From an uncultured delta proteobacterium (lineage in GTDB: Bacteria; Myxococcota_A; Polyangia; Palsa-1104), in contig CAWAWS010000026.1 in NCBI GenBank assembly GCA_963785725.1, positions 32,001-96,000 on the forward strand: a stretch of 64,000 nt of DNA, written 5' to 3'. The notes below the pieces were generated by a model, which was not told where the DNA came from, ran no database searches, and saw only the letters and a program-made list of their open reading frames with translations. Of this stretch, positions 10,648 to 20,635 are shown piece after piece (the first letter of the stretch is position 1; each line of letters starts with the position of its first letter). The translations under genes and the position numbers were made by a program.

Positions 10648-11799
10648 ATGACCTCGATCCTCGGTCGCCTGTCGCCGGCGGCCTTCATGCGCGACTACTG
10701 GCAGAAAAAGCCGCTCCTCGTTCGCCAGGCGCTGCCCGGGTTTGCCGGCCTCGTCGATCGCGACGCGCTCTTTGGCCTGGCCACGCGCAGCGACGCCACG
10801 TCGCGGCTCGTCCTCGAGCATCCGCGCCGTCGCGGGCCGGCGCATTGGGAGCGTCACGACGGGCCGTTTGGCGGCCTCGACGCGGCCATGCTGCCGCCGA
10901 CGCACTGGACGCTGCTCGTGCATGGCATCGAGCGCCTGGTTCCCGGCGGCTGGGAGCTGTTGCGCCACTTTTCGTTCCTGCCGGCGGCGCGCATCGACGA
11001 CGTCATGGTCAGCTACGCGGCGCCCGGCGGCTCGGTCGGCCCGCACGAAGACCGCTACGACGTCTTCTTGCTGCAAGGCCCGGGTCGGCGGCGCTGGCAG
11101 CTAAGCGAACACGGCGATCACACGCTCGACGAGACCGCCAAGATCAAGGTGCTCAAGTCGTTCAAGGTGGAACGAGAGTGGCTGCTCGAGCCGGGCGACA
11201 TGCTCTATCTGCCGCCGTCGGTCGCGCATTGCGGCGTCGCCGAAGACGCCTGTTTCACCTATTCGATCGGCTTCTTGGCGCCGTCGCACGATGAGCTCAT
11301 GCAGAGCTTCTTGGGCTATCTCGGCGGCGCGCTGGCCCCCGACTTCGCGAGCGACGCGCTGCTCGCCGCCGGCGATCGCGCGCCGACGAAGGCGCCGCTC
11401 GCCCTGCCCGCGCCGATGGTGGCCGAAGTCGCGGCCGTGCTCGACCGAATCCGCTGGGATGGCGCGCTCGTGGAACGCTTTCTCGGCTGCTTTCTGACCC
11501 GTCCCAAGCCGCACGTCGTCTTCACGCCGCCGGCGCGACCGCTGTCGCCCGACGCCTTCGTGCGCCGCCTGGCGACGGGCGGCCAGTTGACGCTGGCCTT
11601 GCCGACGCGCGGCCTCGTGCAGCGCCAGCGCATCTTCTGCAACGGCGAGGCGCACGACGTCAACGCCGCGACGGCCAAGGCGTTCACGACGCTCGTCCGC
11701 GACCGCGCGCTGCCGCTGCCGCAGGCGTTCGACCGCGCGACGCAGGCGCTGCTGTATGGCTGGTACGAAGCGGGTTACGTCGGATTCGGTAAGCGTTAA
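10648..11799 (+). CDS. roxA: JmjC/cupin-4 ribosomal protein hydroxylase (YcfD/RoxA family)
   Basis: [66 protein letters not shown]. Confidence 0.85.
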   Translation: MTSILGRLSPAAFMRDYWQKKPLLVRQALPGFAGLVDRDALFGLATRSDATSRLVLEHPRRRGPAHWERHDGPFGGLDAAMLPPTHWTLLVHGIERLVPGGWELLRHFSFLPAARIDDVMVSYAAPGGSVGPHEDRYDVFLLQGPGRRRWQLSEHGDHTLDETAKIKVLKSFKVEREWLLEPGDMLYLPPSVAHCGVAEDACFTYSIGFLAPSHDELMQSFLGYLGGALAPDFASDALLAAGDRAPTKAPLALPAPMVAEVAAVLDRIRWDGALVERFLGCFLTRPKPHVVFTPPARPLSPDAFVRRLATGGQLTLALPTRGLVQRQRIFCNGEAHDVNAATAKAFTTLVRDRALPLPQAFDRATQALLYGWYEAGYVGFGKR

Positions 11800-12521
11800 G
11801 CGAGGTTGTGATAGACGCGCTGGACGTCTTCGTCCTCTTCGAGCGCGCCCACCAGCTCCAGCACTTCCTTCATCTGATCTTCGGGCAGCTCCACATGCGT
11901 CGACGGCACGTACTCCGACTCGGCCGACAGCGGCGCGATGCCCTTGGCCTCGATGGCCGCCTGCAGCTGCCCGAAGTTCTGGAACGCGCAGCGAATGATG
12001 ATCTGCTTTTCGCCCTTTTCGCCTGCGCCTTCGCCCATCTCTTCGAGGCCGTGGTCGATGAGCTCGAGCTCCAACTCGTCGAGATCGCCGAGACCCTCGG
12101 GCGCCAGCTTGAAGACGCCCATGCGCGCGAACATGAAGGCCACCGAGCCGGTCGAGCCCATGTTGCCGTCGTGATCCTTGAAGTGCATGCGCACGTTGGC
12201 GACGGTGCGCGTCGGGTTGTCGGTCGCCGTCTCGACGATGAGCGGCACGCCGTGCGGCGCGTAACCTTCATACAAGACGATCTCGTAGCCGCGCTCGTCC
12301 TGACCGCTGGCGCGCTTGATGGCCGAGTCGATCTTGTCCTTCGGCATGTTGGCGGCGCGCGCGTTCTGCAGCACGCGGCGCAAGCTCGGGTTCGACGACG
12401 CCTCGGGCCCGCCCGACTTGACGGCCATGGCGATTTCTTTGGCGAGCCGCGTGAACAGCTTCGCCATCTTGTTCCAGCGCGCGAACATCGTGTGCTTGCG
12501 CGTTTCGAAGATGCGTCCCAT
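11796..12521 (-). CDS. yebC: YebC/PmpR family protein
   Basis: [53 protein letters not shown]. Confidence 0.93.
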   Translation of the reverse strand: MGRIFETRKHTMFARWNKMAKLFTRLAKEIAMAVKSGGPEASSNPSLRRVLQNARAANMPKDKIDSAIKRASGQDERGYEIVLYEGYAPHGVPLIVETATDNPTRTVANVRMHFKDHDGNMGSTGSVAFMFARMGVFKLAPEGLGDLDELELELIDHGLEEMGEGAGEKGEKQIIIRCAFQNFGQLQAAIEAKGIAPLSAESEYVPSTHVELPEDQMKEVLELVGALEEDEDVQRVYHNLA

Positions 12522-12762
12522 GGCGACGTTCTACCTCAGGATTTGCTCGCTAGGAAGCTCGTCGACGTCCGCGTGAACGGGCCATCGATAGATCTCGATC
12601 GCCATTACGACGCGTGCGGTCACGACCGCGATCCACGACGCAGCGCGCCAGCGCGCCCGTCGCACACCACCGTCGGGGTCATGCCTCGTAGAGGAAGTGC
12701 GCGAGTCAAACTATTGCAGTGCCATGACGATACCGTGACAGTCGCAGCTGCATCATTCAATC

Positions 12763-13863
12763 ATGAGACTGCGATCCGTATCCTCCTACGCTCGCCAGGT
12801 TCGGCCGTCGCTGCCGGCGCACGCCTTCGACGCCGTGCCCTCGCGGTTGGCGTGGTTGACACTGCATGTCGGCATCATCGTCGGCGGCATCTACGCCATC
12901 AAGACCGGCGTCGGCGGCTGGTGGGCGGCGCCGCTGTTCGCGATCCTCATCGGTCATAGCTTCGCCGGCTGCGCCTTCGTCGGCCACGAGACGCTGCACG
13001 GCGCGGTGGTTCGCCAGCGCGGCTTGCGCTCGCTCGTCGGCTGGCTGGCGTTCGTGCCGTTTACGCTGTCGCCGCGGCTGTGGGTCGCCTGGCACAACAA
13101 GACGCACCACGCGCACACGATGTCGATGGCCAAAGATCCCGACTGCTTTCCGACGCTCGAGGTCTATCAGCGCCAGGCGCACACGCGCGCCGCGGACAAG
13201 GTGGCGTTCGCCGCCGATCGCCAGTGGGGCTTCATCACGCTGCTGCTCGGCTTCAGCGGCCAGACGCTGCAGATGATCCTGCGCTGGGCCAAAGATTCCG
13301 GCGTCATGTCGGCGCGCGAGCGGGCGCTGGCGTGGGTCGAGACGCTGGCCGGCTTCACGATCTGGGCGGCGCTATTCGTCTATCTCGGGCCGCTGAAGTT
13401 TCTCGTGGCCTGTACGGTGCCGTGGCTCATCGGCAACGTCATCGTCATCAGCTACATCCTCACCAACCACAGCTTGAGCCCGCACACGGCCGTCAACGAT
13501 CCGCTGGTGAACTCGCTGTCGGTGACGGTGCCGAAGCTGTTCGCGATCTTGCACCTCAACTTCGGGCTCCACGTCGAGCATCACCTGTTTCCGTCGATGA
13601 GCTCGAAGTACGCGCCGCTCGTGCGCGACGAGCTCATGCGCTTGTGGCCCGAGCGCTATCAGTCGCTGCCGCTCATGACGGCGATGGCGCAGCTGGCGTC
13701 GACGCCGCGCGTGTACATCACGGACACCCAGCTCTTCGATCCGCGGACCGGCAAGCAGGCGCCGACGATCGTGCCGCGCCAGTCGGCGGCCGAGTCGCAG
13801 GCCGAGGCCGAGGCGCTCGAGCCGACGGCGACCGTGCAAGACGACGTCATCGACGCCGCGTAA
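12763..13863 (+). CDS. Membrane fatty acid desaturase
   Basis: Three His boxes (HETLH, HNKTHH, HVEHH) and TM segments. Confidence 0.9.
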   Translation: MRLRSVSSYARQVRPSLPAHAFDAVPSRLAWLTLHVGIIVGGIYAIKTGVGGWWAAPLFAILIGHSFAGCAFVGHETLHGAVVRQRGLRSLVGWLAFVPFTLSPRLWVAWHNKTHHAHTMSMAKDPDCFPTLEVYQRQAHTRAADKVAFAADRQWGFITLLLGFSGQTLQMILRWAKDSGVMSARERALAWVETLAGFTIWAALFVYLGPLKFLVACTVPWLIGNVIVISYILTNHSLSPHTAVNDPLVNSLSVTVPKLFAILHLNFGLHVEHHLFPSMSSKYAPLVRDELMRLWPERYQSLPLMTAMAQLASTPRVYITDTQLFDPRTGKQAPTIVPRQSAAESQAEAEALEPTATVQDDVIDAA

Positions 13864-13889
13864 ATTCCCTTCAGCAGCCGAAAATGAAA

Positions 13890-13925
13890 CAGCCGCGGCG
13901 ATCCTCGCTGGATCGGCCGCGGCTG
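13890..13925 (-). terminator. Rho-independent terminator between convergent genes
   Basis: Stem-loop CAGCCGCGGCGATCC-tcgct-GGATCGGCCGCGGCTG, followed on the minus strand by TTTCATTTT. Confidence 0.7.
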
Positions 13926-13949
13926 CGAATTCTGTCGTGAAGGTTCTCG

Positions 13950-14033
13950 TTATAGCGCTTCGGCGGCGAGCGTCGCCTGCACGGCCGGACGCGCCGATAG
14001 GCGCTCGAACGTGCCCGCTTTCGGCGACAGCAT
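13950..14033 (-). pseudogene. 27-aa small ORF resembling a collapsed glutathione S-transferase remnant
   Basis: MLSPKAGTFERLSARPAVQATLAAEAL*, preceded by AAAGGA. Resembles the beta-class GST motifs LAP..GT.ER and the C-terminal ARPAVQ.AL.AEGL. Confidence 0.45.
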
Positions 14034-14054
14034 GTGCGTGTCCTTTGGCGACGA

Positions 14055-14450
14055 TTACGCGTTTTCGCGCAGTGGCAAGAGCTCACGCAGCCGCTCGTCG
14101 CGCAGGAAGAGGCCGGCCCACACGAAGATGCCGAGGAACAGCGGCGCGATGACGCTGCCGTAGTCCTGCACGCGCACGTGCGTCGCGATCGCGCCGCCGA
14201 GATAGCCGGTCGCCAGGATCGCGCCCAACACGGCCGTGCGCGGCACGATGAACAGGACGGCGCACAAGATCTCGACCACGCCGATCGGGCTCGAGAGCGA
14301 CGCCGGATAGCCGAAGACGTGAGTAAACTTCTCCGTCATCCCCGGGTTGTTCAGCTGCTTGATGACGCCGCTCATGATCAATCCGAGCCCCGGCAGCGCG
14401 CTGAGCACGATGCCCGTGACCTTCATCCACTTCGGTGATTCTTGGCTCAT
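14055..14450 (-). CDS. DoxX family membrane protein
   Basis: Four TM segments, IGVVEILCAVLFIVPRTAVLGAILATGYLGGAIATHVR; GGAGGA SD. Confidence 0.88.
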   Translation of the reverse strand: MSQESPKWMKVTGIVLSALPGLGLIMSGVIKQLNNPGMTEKFTHVFGYPASLSSPIGVVEILCAVLFIVPRTAVLGAILATGYLGGAIATHVRVQDYGSVIAPLFLGIFVWAGLFLRDERLRELLPLRENA

Positions 14451-14517
14451 GTGTTCCTCCGCCGCGCAATTTAGCGCGATTTCCCGCGTCCGATTAGATG
14501 GCCGCCGGCGAACCCAC

Positions 14518-14536
14518 TGTTGTCAATCGCGCAACA
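14518..14536. promoter_or_regulatory. Putative LysR site upstream of doxX
   Basis: TGTTG-N9-CAACA. A similar TGTTc-N9-CAACg sits at 15491-15509, next to the lysR start. Confidence 0.5.
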
Positions 14537-14542
14537 ATGTCG

Positions 14543-15490
14543 TCAGGCCGCCTGCAGCGCGTCGCGGCGCGCCTTGGCCTTGGCGCAGCCGGCGCTGCGG
14601 GCGGCGATCTTGCGCGTCAGCGCGTCGACGAGATAGTCGCGCACGACGGCGACGCGCGCCGGCAGATAGCGCGCCGACGGCGTCACGACCCACAGCGCGT
14701 TGCCGGACTGGCTCCAGGCGGGCATGAGGTGCTCGAGGCGGCCGGCGCGCACGGCGTCGATGGCCGCCGCCACCGGCATGAGCACGAGGCCGGCGCCGGC
14801 TTCGGCGGCGGCGAGGCAGAAGCCGAGCTCGTCGGCGACGAGCGCGCCGGTGGCTTCGAACGCGCGCTCGCCTTCGGGGCCTTGCAGCCGAATCGTCGCC
14901 CGGCCGTCGTGCGCGCGATAGAGCACCCAGTCGTGCGCGCTCAGCTCCTCCAGCGTCTTGGGCCGCCCGCGCCGCCGCAGATAGGCCGGCGCCGCGAAGA
15001 CCGCCGATTCCGTCGCGCCCACCCGCCGCGCCACCAGCGACGAGTCGTTGAGCCGCCCGGCGCGAATGGCCAAGTCGAACCCTTCGGCCACGAGATCGAC
15101 CGTGCGCGACGACAGCGACAGCTCGAGGCGAATCGCCGGGTGCTTGCGCGAAAAGCGCGCCATCAAGCCCGCCAGATCGAACGATCCGGTGTCGGGCGGC
15201 GCCGTGATGCGCACGCGGCCGCGCGGCTCGGCGCCCAGCTCGCGCACGGCGGCGTCGGCGTCGTCGAGCCCGCTCACCGCCGACTGCACGGCGTCGAAGT
15301 AGGCCTGGCCGGCGTCGGTGAGCGAGAGCTTGCGCGTCGTGCGCTGCAAGAGTCGCACGCCGAGGTCCGTCTCCAGCTGCGACACGCTGCGGCTGATCGA
15401 CGACTTGGGCAGACCGACGCTGGCGCCGGCGCCGGTGAAGCTGCCGGCGCGCACGACGCGAACGAAGAGGGCGACGCGGTTGTAGTCCAT
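14543..15490 (-). CDS. LysR family transcriptional regulator
   Basis: MDYNRVALFVRVVRAGSFTGAG...KSSISRSVSQLETDLGVRLLQRTTRKLSLT; VDLVAEGFDLAIRAG. Confidence 0.92.
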   Translation of the reverse strand: MDYNRVALFVRVVRAGSFTGAGASVGLPKSSISRSVSQLETDLGVRLLQRTTRKLSLTDAGQAYFDAVQSAVSGLDDADAAVRELGAEPRGRVRITAPPDTGSFDLAGLMARFSRKHPAIRLELSLSSRTVDLVAEGFDLAIRAGRLNDSSLVARRVGATESAVFAAPAYLRRRGRPKTLEELSAHDWVLYRAHDGRATIRLQGPEGERAFEATGALVADELGFCLAAAEAGAGLVLMPVAAAIDAVRAGRLEHLMPAWSQSGNALWVVTPSARYLPARVAVVRDYLVDALTRKIAARSAGCAKAKARRDALQAA

Positions 15491-15543
15491 TGTTCGCAGC
15501 ATAGCAACGATGCCACAGCCCGTCGACCGTGATGGCTCGCCGC

Positions 15544-15574
15544 TTGACATGGTTAACGATCGCGTTAACTATGT
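15544..15574 (+). promoter_or_regulatory. Promoter -35 overlapped by a 28-bp palindromic operator (probably for the operon ArsR)
   Basis: TTGACA at 15544-15549; ACATGGTTAACG-atcg-CGTTAACTATGT at 15547-15574 with one mismatch. Confidence 0.65.
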
Positions 15575-15608
15575 TCGCATTCGGCAACAGTTAACAGGGG
15601 AGTGAACT

Positions 15609-16060
15609 ATGAAGCCACCACCGGCAGATTGGCCACGCATCTCGTCCTCGCTGTTTTACGCCGACGCCAACCGAGCGATCGAGTGGCTGGGCAAGGCCTT
15701 CGGCTTCGAGGTGCGCCTCAAGGTCGACGGCGACGGCGGCACCGTCGTGCACAGCGAGCTGACGTTCGGCGAAGGGGTCGTCATGGTCTCGAGCAGCGTC
15801 GCCACGTCGGGCAAGCCCGACGCCGAGTATCAGCATTCGCCGAGCGAAGCCGGCGGCGTCAACACGCAGTGCCTGTTCGTCTACGTCGACGACGTCGAGG
15901 CGCACTGCAGCGCGCGCGCGCCGCCGGCGCCGTCATCGTCAAAGAGCCGACCACCACCGACTACGGCGACGACTATTGGGTCGACCGCGGCTACGGCGCG
16001 CGCGATCTCGAGGGGCATCACTGGTACTTCGCGCAGCGACTGCGCGGCGCCGCCAAGTGA
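15609..16060 (+). CDS. VOC/glyoxalase family protein (frameshift near 15910)
   Basis: YADANRAIEWLGKAFGFE...HSELTFGEGVVM...VYVDDVEAH, continuing in another frame as RARAAGAVIVKEP...YGARDLEGHHWYF. Confidence 0.82.
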
Positions 16061-16422
16061 CGCCGGCGACGGCACGGGCGCCGCAGAAGATCGACCAGAC
16101 GCTGGCGGCGCTCGCCGATCCGAGCCGGCGCGGCGTCATCGACCTCTTGCGCAAGCGGCCGCGGCGCGCCGGCGAGCTGGCCGAGGCGCTGGCGCTGAGC
16201 GCACAGGCGATGAGCCGCCACCTGCGCGTCCTGCGTCAGGCGGGGCTCGTCGAGGAGGGCGAGAGCGACGCGCCCGACGATGCCCGCGTGCGCGTCTATC
16301 AGCTACGGCGGCAGCCGTTTGCATCGCTGCGGCAGTGGACCGAGGAGGTCGAGGCGTTTTGGGGCGCGCAGCTCGGCGCCTTCGCCGCGCACGTCGAAAA
16401 GCGCGGCCGCGAGCGCAAGTGA
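16057..16422 (+). CDS. ArsR/SmtB family regulator
   Basis: LAALADPSRRGVIDLL...AGELA...AMSRHLRVLRQAGLV; GTGA overlap with the upstream gene. Confidence 0.88.
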   Translation: MTPATARAPQKIDQTLAALADPSRRGVIDLLRKRPRRAGELAEALALSAQAMSRHLRVLRQAGLVEEGESDAPDDARVRVYQLRRQPFASLRQWTEEVEAFWGAQLGAFAAHVEKRGRERK

Positions 16423-16913
16423 GCGGCAAGCCGGGCGACGAGGCGCGCGTCACGGTGCAGGTCGGCGTCGCGCCGGCGGAGGCGTTCGACATCTTCACGC
16501 GCGAAATCGACGTCTGGTGGCGGCGCGGCATCCGCTATCGCGCGTCCGGTCGCCACGCCGGCGTCTTGCACTTCGAGGCCGGCGTCGGCGGTCGCCTGTT
16601 CGAGACCTTCGGCATCGACGGCCAGGAGCAGCTCGTCGTCGTCGGCACGATCACGGCGTGGGAGCCGCCGCATCGCTTCGTCTTCGACTGGCGCAACGCG
16701 ACCTTCGCGCCGCACGAGAAGACCGAGGTCGAGGTGCGCTTCGAGGCCGCCGGCGACGGCACGCGCGTCACCGTCGCGCATCGCGGCTGGAGCGCGCTGC
16801 CGCCGGACCATCCCGCGCGTCACGGCCTTTTGCCGAGCCCTTTTATCGCCATGATCGGCATGTGGTGGGGCGATTTGATGGGCGCGCTCCGTCGTCACGC
16901 GCAGCCAAAGTAG
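16419..16913 (+). CDS. SRPBCC/AHSA1-like (START) domain protein
   Basis: PAEAFDIFTREIDVWW, GTITAWEPPHRFVFDW, TEVEVRF...GTRVTVAHRGW; GTGA overlap. Confidence 0.85.
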   Translation: MSGKPGDEARVTVQVGVAPAEAFDIFTREIDVWWRRGIRYRASGRHAGVLHFEAGVGGRLFETFGIDGQEQLVVVGTITAWEPPHRFVFDWRNATFAPHEKTEVEVRFEAAGDGTRVTVAHRGWSALPPDHPARHGLLPSPFIAMIGMWWGDLMGALRRHAQPK

Positions 16914-16980
16914 GGCTGTCTTTCGCGCGCGACGCGACTGCACGAGCGGCAGTATCGACGCCGAAGTAGCTATCGACGTG

Positions 16981-17511
16981 TCAGATGCGGCGTTCGAAGA
17001 GCCGCGTCGGCGCGCCGTGATAGCTGACCTCGGCGAACGGGCGATAACCGCACTTCTCGGCGACGCGAATGGAGGCGAGGTTGCCGAGATCGATGAGGCA
17101 GACGGTGCGGCGTGCCGGCAGCGCGGCGTCGGCCCAGGCGAGCGCGGTGGTGACGGCTTCGGTGCCGAGGCCGCGACCGTGTGCCCACGGCGCCAAGGCC
17201 CAGCCGATTTCGGGGGCGAAGTCGGCGACGGGCGGATCGAGCGCGCGCTTGAAGTCGCCGAAGCCGATGTTGCCGGCGTAGCGGCCGCTCTCTTTGTCGA
17301 CGATCATCCAAAAGCCGTAGCCGAGGAGCTGCCAATGGCCGGCGTAGCGGAGCAGGCGATGCCAGCTCTCCTCGGCCGTGAAGGGGCGGCCGCCGATGTG
17401 GCGGGTGACCTCGGGGTCGGCCCACATGGCGGCCAAGGCGGCGTAGTCGTCGAGGCCGTGGACGCGGAAGGTGAGGCGAGCGCTCTCGAGCGTGGGTGGC
17501 GCGGAGGACAT
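16981..17511 (-). CDS. GNAT acetyltransferase (RimJ/RimL-like)
   Basis: PTLESARL, MWADPEV, GHWQLLGYGFW, PEIGW...AHGRGLGTEA, NLASIRVAEKCGY. Confidence 0.9.
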   Translation of the reverse strand: MSSAPPTLESARLTFRVHGLDDYAALAAMWADPEVTRHIGGRPFTAEESWHRLLRYAGHWQLLGYGFWMIVDKESGRYAGNIGFGDFKRALDPPVADFAPEIGWALAPWAHGRGLGTEAVTTALAWADAALPARRTVCLIDLGNLASIRVAEKCGYRPFAEVSYHGAPTRLFERRI

Positions 17512-17563
17512 GCGTCATCGTCGACGCAGCGGCGGCGAAATTCAAGCCGCGCGTGACGATGAA

Positions 17564-20527
17564 TCAGCGGGCGGGGCGACCTTTGCCGGGCGGCGGGCGA
17601 TGGCCGCCGCGCGTGGGCGGACGCTCGCCGCCGCCGCCGCGATCGCCGAAAGCGCCGCGCGACGGCGGGCCCGCGTGGCTGCGCGCCGGCGGACGGCCGC
17701 CGCCGGCCGACGGGCCACGAGCCGGCGCGCTCGAGCCGGGACCGCGCGACGCGGGCTTACTGCCGTACGAGCCGCGCTCGGACGCGCCAGCCGAGGTGCC
17801 GCGCGGTGCCGGCTTGCCGTACGAGCCGCGCTCGGACGGAGCGCGCGAGGCTGGCTTGCTGCCGTACGCGCCGCGCTCGGACGGGCCGGACGACGGAGCG
17901 CGCGAGGCCGGCTTGCCGTACGAGCCGCGCTCGCCGGGACCGGACGACGGAGCGCGCGAAGCCGGCTTGCCGTACGAGCCGCGCTCGCCGGGACCGGACG
18001 ACGGTTTGCCGTACGAAGAACGCTCGCCCGGGCCCGACGACGGACCACGCGGTGCGGGCTTGTTGCCGTACGAGCCGCGCTCGGATGGTCCCGACGAATG
18101 CGGCTTGCCATACGAAGTCCGCTCGGGAGCGCCTGACGACGGACCGCGCGAAGCGGGCTTGCCGTACGACGTCCGCTCGGGAGCGCCCGACGACGGACCG
18201 CGCGAAGCGGGCTTGCCATACGAAGTCCGCTCGGGAGCGCCTGACGACGGACCGCGCGAAGCGGGCTTGCCATACGAAGTCCGCTCGGGAGCGCCGGACG
18301 ATGGACCGCGCGGCGCGGGCTTGCCATACGAAGTCCGCTCGGGCGCGCCGGACGATGGACCGCGCGGCGCGGGCTTGCCGTACGACGTCCGCTCGGGCGC
18401 GCCGGACGACGGGCCGCGCGGCGCCGGCTTGCCGTACGACGTCCGCTCGGTCGTGCGCTCGTGCACGCGCTCGGACGCGCGCTTCGTGCCGAACGTCGTC
18501 TTCGACGCGGCGGCGGCCGCCTGCGTGCGCGTCACCGGCCGATCGCCGCCGCGCGCCGGAATGACCACCGGCGCGTCTTCCGACATCAGCGGCCCCGTCG
18601 GCATCGCGACCGGCGCGGGCGCGGGCTTGGCCACGATCGGTTCCGGCGCGCTGACCGGCGCGCTCGTCTGGGATTCTTCGTTCGACATCGTCTCGTTCTC
18701 GTCGTTCTGCAAGTCGATAGGCTCGCTCGGTACGGGTTTGTGCTCGGTGCGAGCGGGCTTGCCCTCACTCGGCGTGGATTTGGTGGCGGTGGTGCGCGCG
18801 GTCGTCGTGGTGCGCGGCGCCGGTCGGTCGCCCTGGCTGCGCGCCGGCCGCGCCGGTCCGACGGCGGACTTGCCCGGCAGCGCGTCGCGCGACGGCCCGA
18901 TGACGACCTTGGGCGCGCGCGGATCGCGCTCGGCGGCGTTGGCGGCGAAGTCGGCCGCGGCCCGCGCCGCGACCTCGACATACGTGCGATCGCGCGCGAT
19001 GCGGATGGCGCCGACTTCGCGCCGCGTGATGCCGCCGCGACGACAGACCAGCGGCAAGATCCACTTGGCGTCGGCGCTGTCGGCGCTGCCCAAGTTGACC
19101 TCGAACAGGACGAAGCCAGCCGACGCCCCGCCGCCGCGCGACGGGGACGCCGCCGACGCATGCTCGAGCTTGACCGACTTCAGCGGCTCACCCGCCGGAC
19201 GACCGGCCAGCGCGCGATCCATCAGCACGGCCACGACCGCGACCGCGTCATGATCGCCGAGCAGCTGCTCCGCCAGCGTCGTCATGTCGTCGGGCTGCGG
19301 CTGGCCGATGGCTTCGGTGAGCGCGGTGACGAGGTTGGCGCGATCGTGCGCCGTGACCGCGGCCGCGTCGGGCGGCGCCGTCCACGACAGCTTCAGGTGC
19401 GCGTCGCGGAAGAGCCGCTCGGCGCGCCGGCGCGCGCTCATCTCGACGATGAACGTGTTGATGCCCTTGTTGCCGGCGCGTCCGGTTCGTCCCGAGCGAT
19501 GCGTCAGCGCCTCGGCATTTTCCGGCAGATCGGCGTGCACGACCAAGCCGACGTCGGGCAGATCGAGCCCGCGCGCCGCGACGTTCGTGGCCACGAGCAC
19601 GCGCACTTTGCCGCGCCGCAACGCTTCGAGCGCCCGCGTGCGGTCTTCCTGCGCGCGATCGCCGGAGATCGCCGTCGCCGCGAAGCCGCGCGCCGTCAGC
19701 TGCGTGTGCAGCTCGCTGACGTTCTCGCGCGTGCGGCAAAAGACGATGGCGCGATCGTCGTCGGCCAGCCTGAGCACGTTCACGAGCGCCGCCAAGCGAT
19801 CGCCGTCGGCGCACAAGTGCGCGACATGCGTAATGTCTTCGTGCGCCTTCGGGCTGTTGCCGGCGGCGCCGCGCGGGTCGAGCGCCAGCGCGTCCTTTTG
19901 GAACTTGCGCGCCAGCGTGCGAATCCCCGGCGGCAGCGTCGCCGAGAACAAGAGCGTGCGCCGCGTCTCCGGCGTCGCCTGCAAGATGGTCTCGAGCCCT
20001 TCGCGAAAGCCGAGATCGAGCATCTCGTCGGCTTCGTCGAGCACGACCACTTCGATGCCCGACAGATCGAGCGCCTTGCGATCGATCAGGTCGACGAGCC
20101 GACCGGGCGTGCCGACGGCGATGTCGACGCCGCGCTTCAAGTTGCGCGCGTCCAAGCGCAGGTCGGTGCCACCGGTGAACGACACGATGCGCGCGCTCGT
20201 CCGGCCGAACAGCCAGCCGAGCTCGCGCTGCACCTGCGCCGCCAATTCACGCGTCGGCGCCACGACGAGCGCGCGCGCCTTGTCCTTCTGCTCGAACGTG
20301 TCGGTCTCGCCGAGCAGCTTCTTGCCGATGACGAGCCCGAACGCCACCGTCTTGCCCGAGCCCGTCTGCGACGAGACCAAGAGGTCGGCATCGGCCGCGC
20401 CGAGCACGCGCGCTTGCACCGGCGTCGGCTGCTTGTATTCCCGCTCGGTCAGGGCCGCGGCGAGAGATTTTGGGGCGCCCAACGCGGCGAAGTCGGCTGA
20501 ATCGGGCTCACTACTTGTTGCAGTCAC
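17564..20527 (-). CDS. DEAD-box RNA helicase with DbpA-type RNA-binding domain and long repetitive C-terminal tail
   Basis: PTPVQ, QTGSGKT, PTRELA, TPGRL, DEAD, SAT, ARGLD, HRSGRTGR; DbpA-like LPLVCRRGGITRREVGAIRI; about 400-aa disordered tail. Confidence 0.92.
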   Translation of the reverse strand: MTATSSEPDSADFAALGAPKSLAAALTEREYKQPTPVQARVLGAADADLLVSSQTGSGKTVAFGLVIGKKLLGETDTFEQKDKARALVVAPTRELAAQVQRELGWLFGRTSARIVSFTGGTDLRLDARNLKRGVDIAVGTPGRLVDLIDRKALDLSGIEVVVLDEADEMLDLGFREGLETILQATPETRRTLLFSATLPPGIRTLARKFQKDALALDPRGAAGNSPKAHEDITHVAHLCADGDRLAALVNVLRLADDDRAIVFCRTRENVSELHTQLTARGFAATAISGDRAQEDRTRALEALRRGKVRVLVATNVAARGLDLPDVGLVVHADLPENAEALTHRSGRTGRAGNKGINTFIVEMSARRRAERLFRDAHLKLSWTAPPDAAAVTAHDRANLVTALTEAIGQPQPDDMTTLAEQLLGDHDAVAVVAVLMDRALAGRPAGEPLKSVKLEHASAASPSRGGGASAGFVLFEVNLGSADSADAKWILPLVCRRGGITRREVGAIRIARDRTYVEVAARAAADFAANAAERDPRAPKVVIGPSRDALPGKSAVGPARPARSQGDRPAPRTTTTARTTATKSTPSEGKPARTEHKPVPSEPIDLQNDENETMSNEESQTSAPVSAPEPIVAKPAPAPVAMPTGPLMSEDAPVVIPARGGDRPVTRTQAAAAASKTTFGTKRASERVHERTTERTSYGKPAPRGPSSGAPERTSYGKPAPRGPSSGAPERTSYGKPAPRGPSSGAPERTSYGKPASRGPSSGAPERTSYGKPASRGPSSGAPERTSYGKPASRGPSSGAPERTSYGKPHSSGPSERGSYGNKPAPRGPSSGPGERSSYGKPSSGPGERGSYGKPASRAPSSGPGERGSYGKPASRAPSSGPSERGAYGSKPASRAPSERGSYGKPAPRGTSAGASERGSYGSKPASRGPGSSAPARGPSAGGGRPPARSHAGPPSRGAFGDRGGGGERPPTRGGHRPPPGKGRPAR
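17725..18448 (-). repeat. Coding tandem repeat: six ~54-bp units plus about eight degenerate units
   Basis: ERTSYGKPA(P/S)RGPSSGAP x6, then ER(G/S/T)(S/A)YG(N/S)KP variants; 14 YG cores in total. Confidence 0.9.
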
Positions 20528-20635
20528 GGCGTCTAGATAGCACGCCGATGACGATCCGCGTCGAAATCCGCCGTTTTCGTCGTCATTTGCTCGTTGTTTG
20601 CGACGGAGCGGCGGAACGCGCTATGAAACTGGCCC

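Noticed and set aside
15609..16913. Apparent 434-aa VOC-SRPBCC fusion ORF
   Set aside because: Artefact of the frameshift near 15910; three separate genes with GTGA overlaps explain the region.
17725..18448. Tandem ~54-bp repeats as a CRISPR array
   Set aside because: No unique spacers, unit lengths are multiples of three, the repeats are in frame within the helicase, and no cas genes are present.
17496..19253. 585-aa plus-strand repeat ORF (GLPYEVRSGAPDDGPR)
   Set aside because: Antisense shadow of the helicase tail; stop codons are rare at this GC content.
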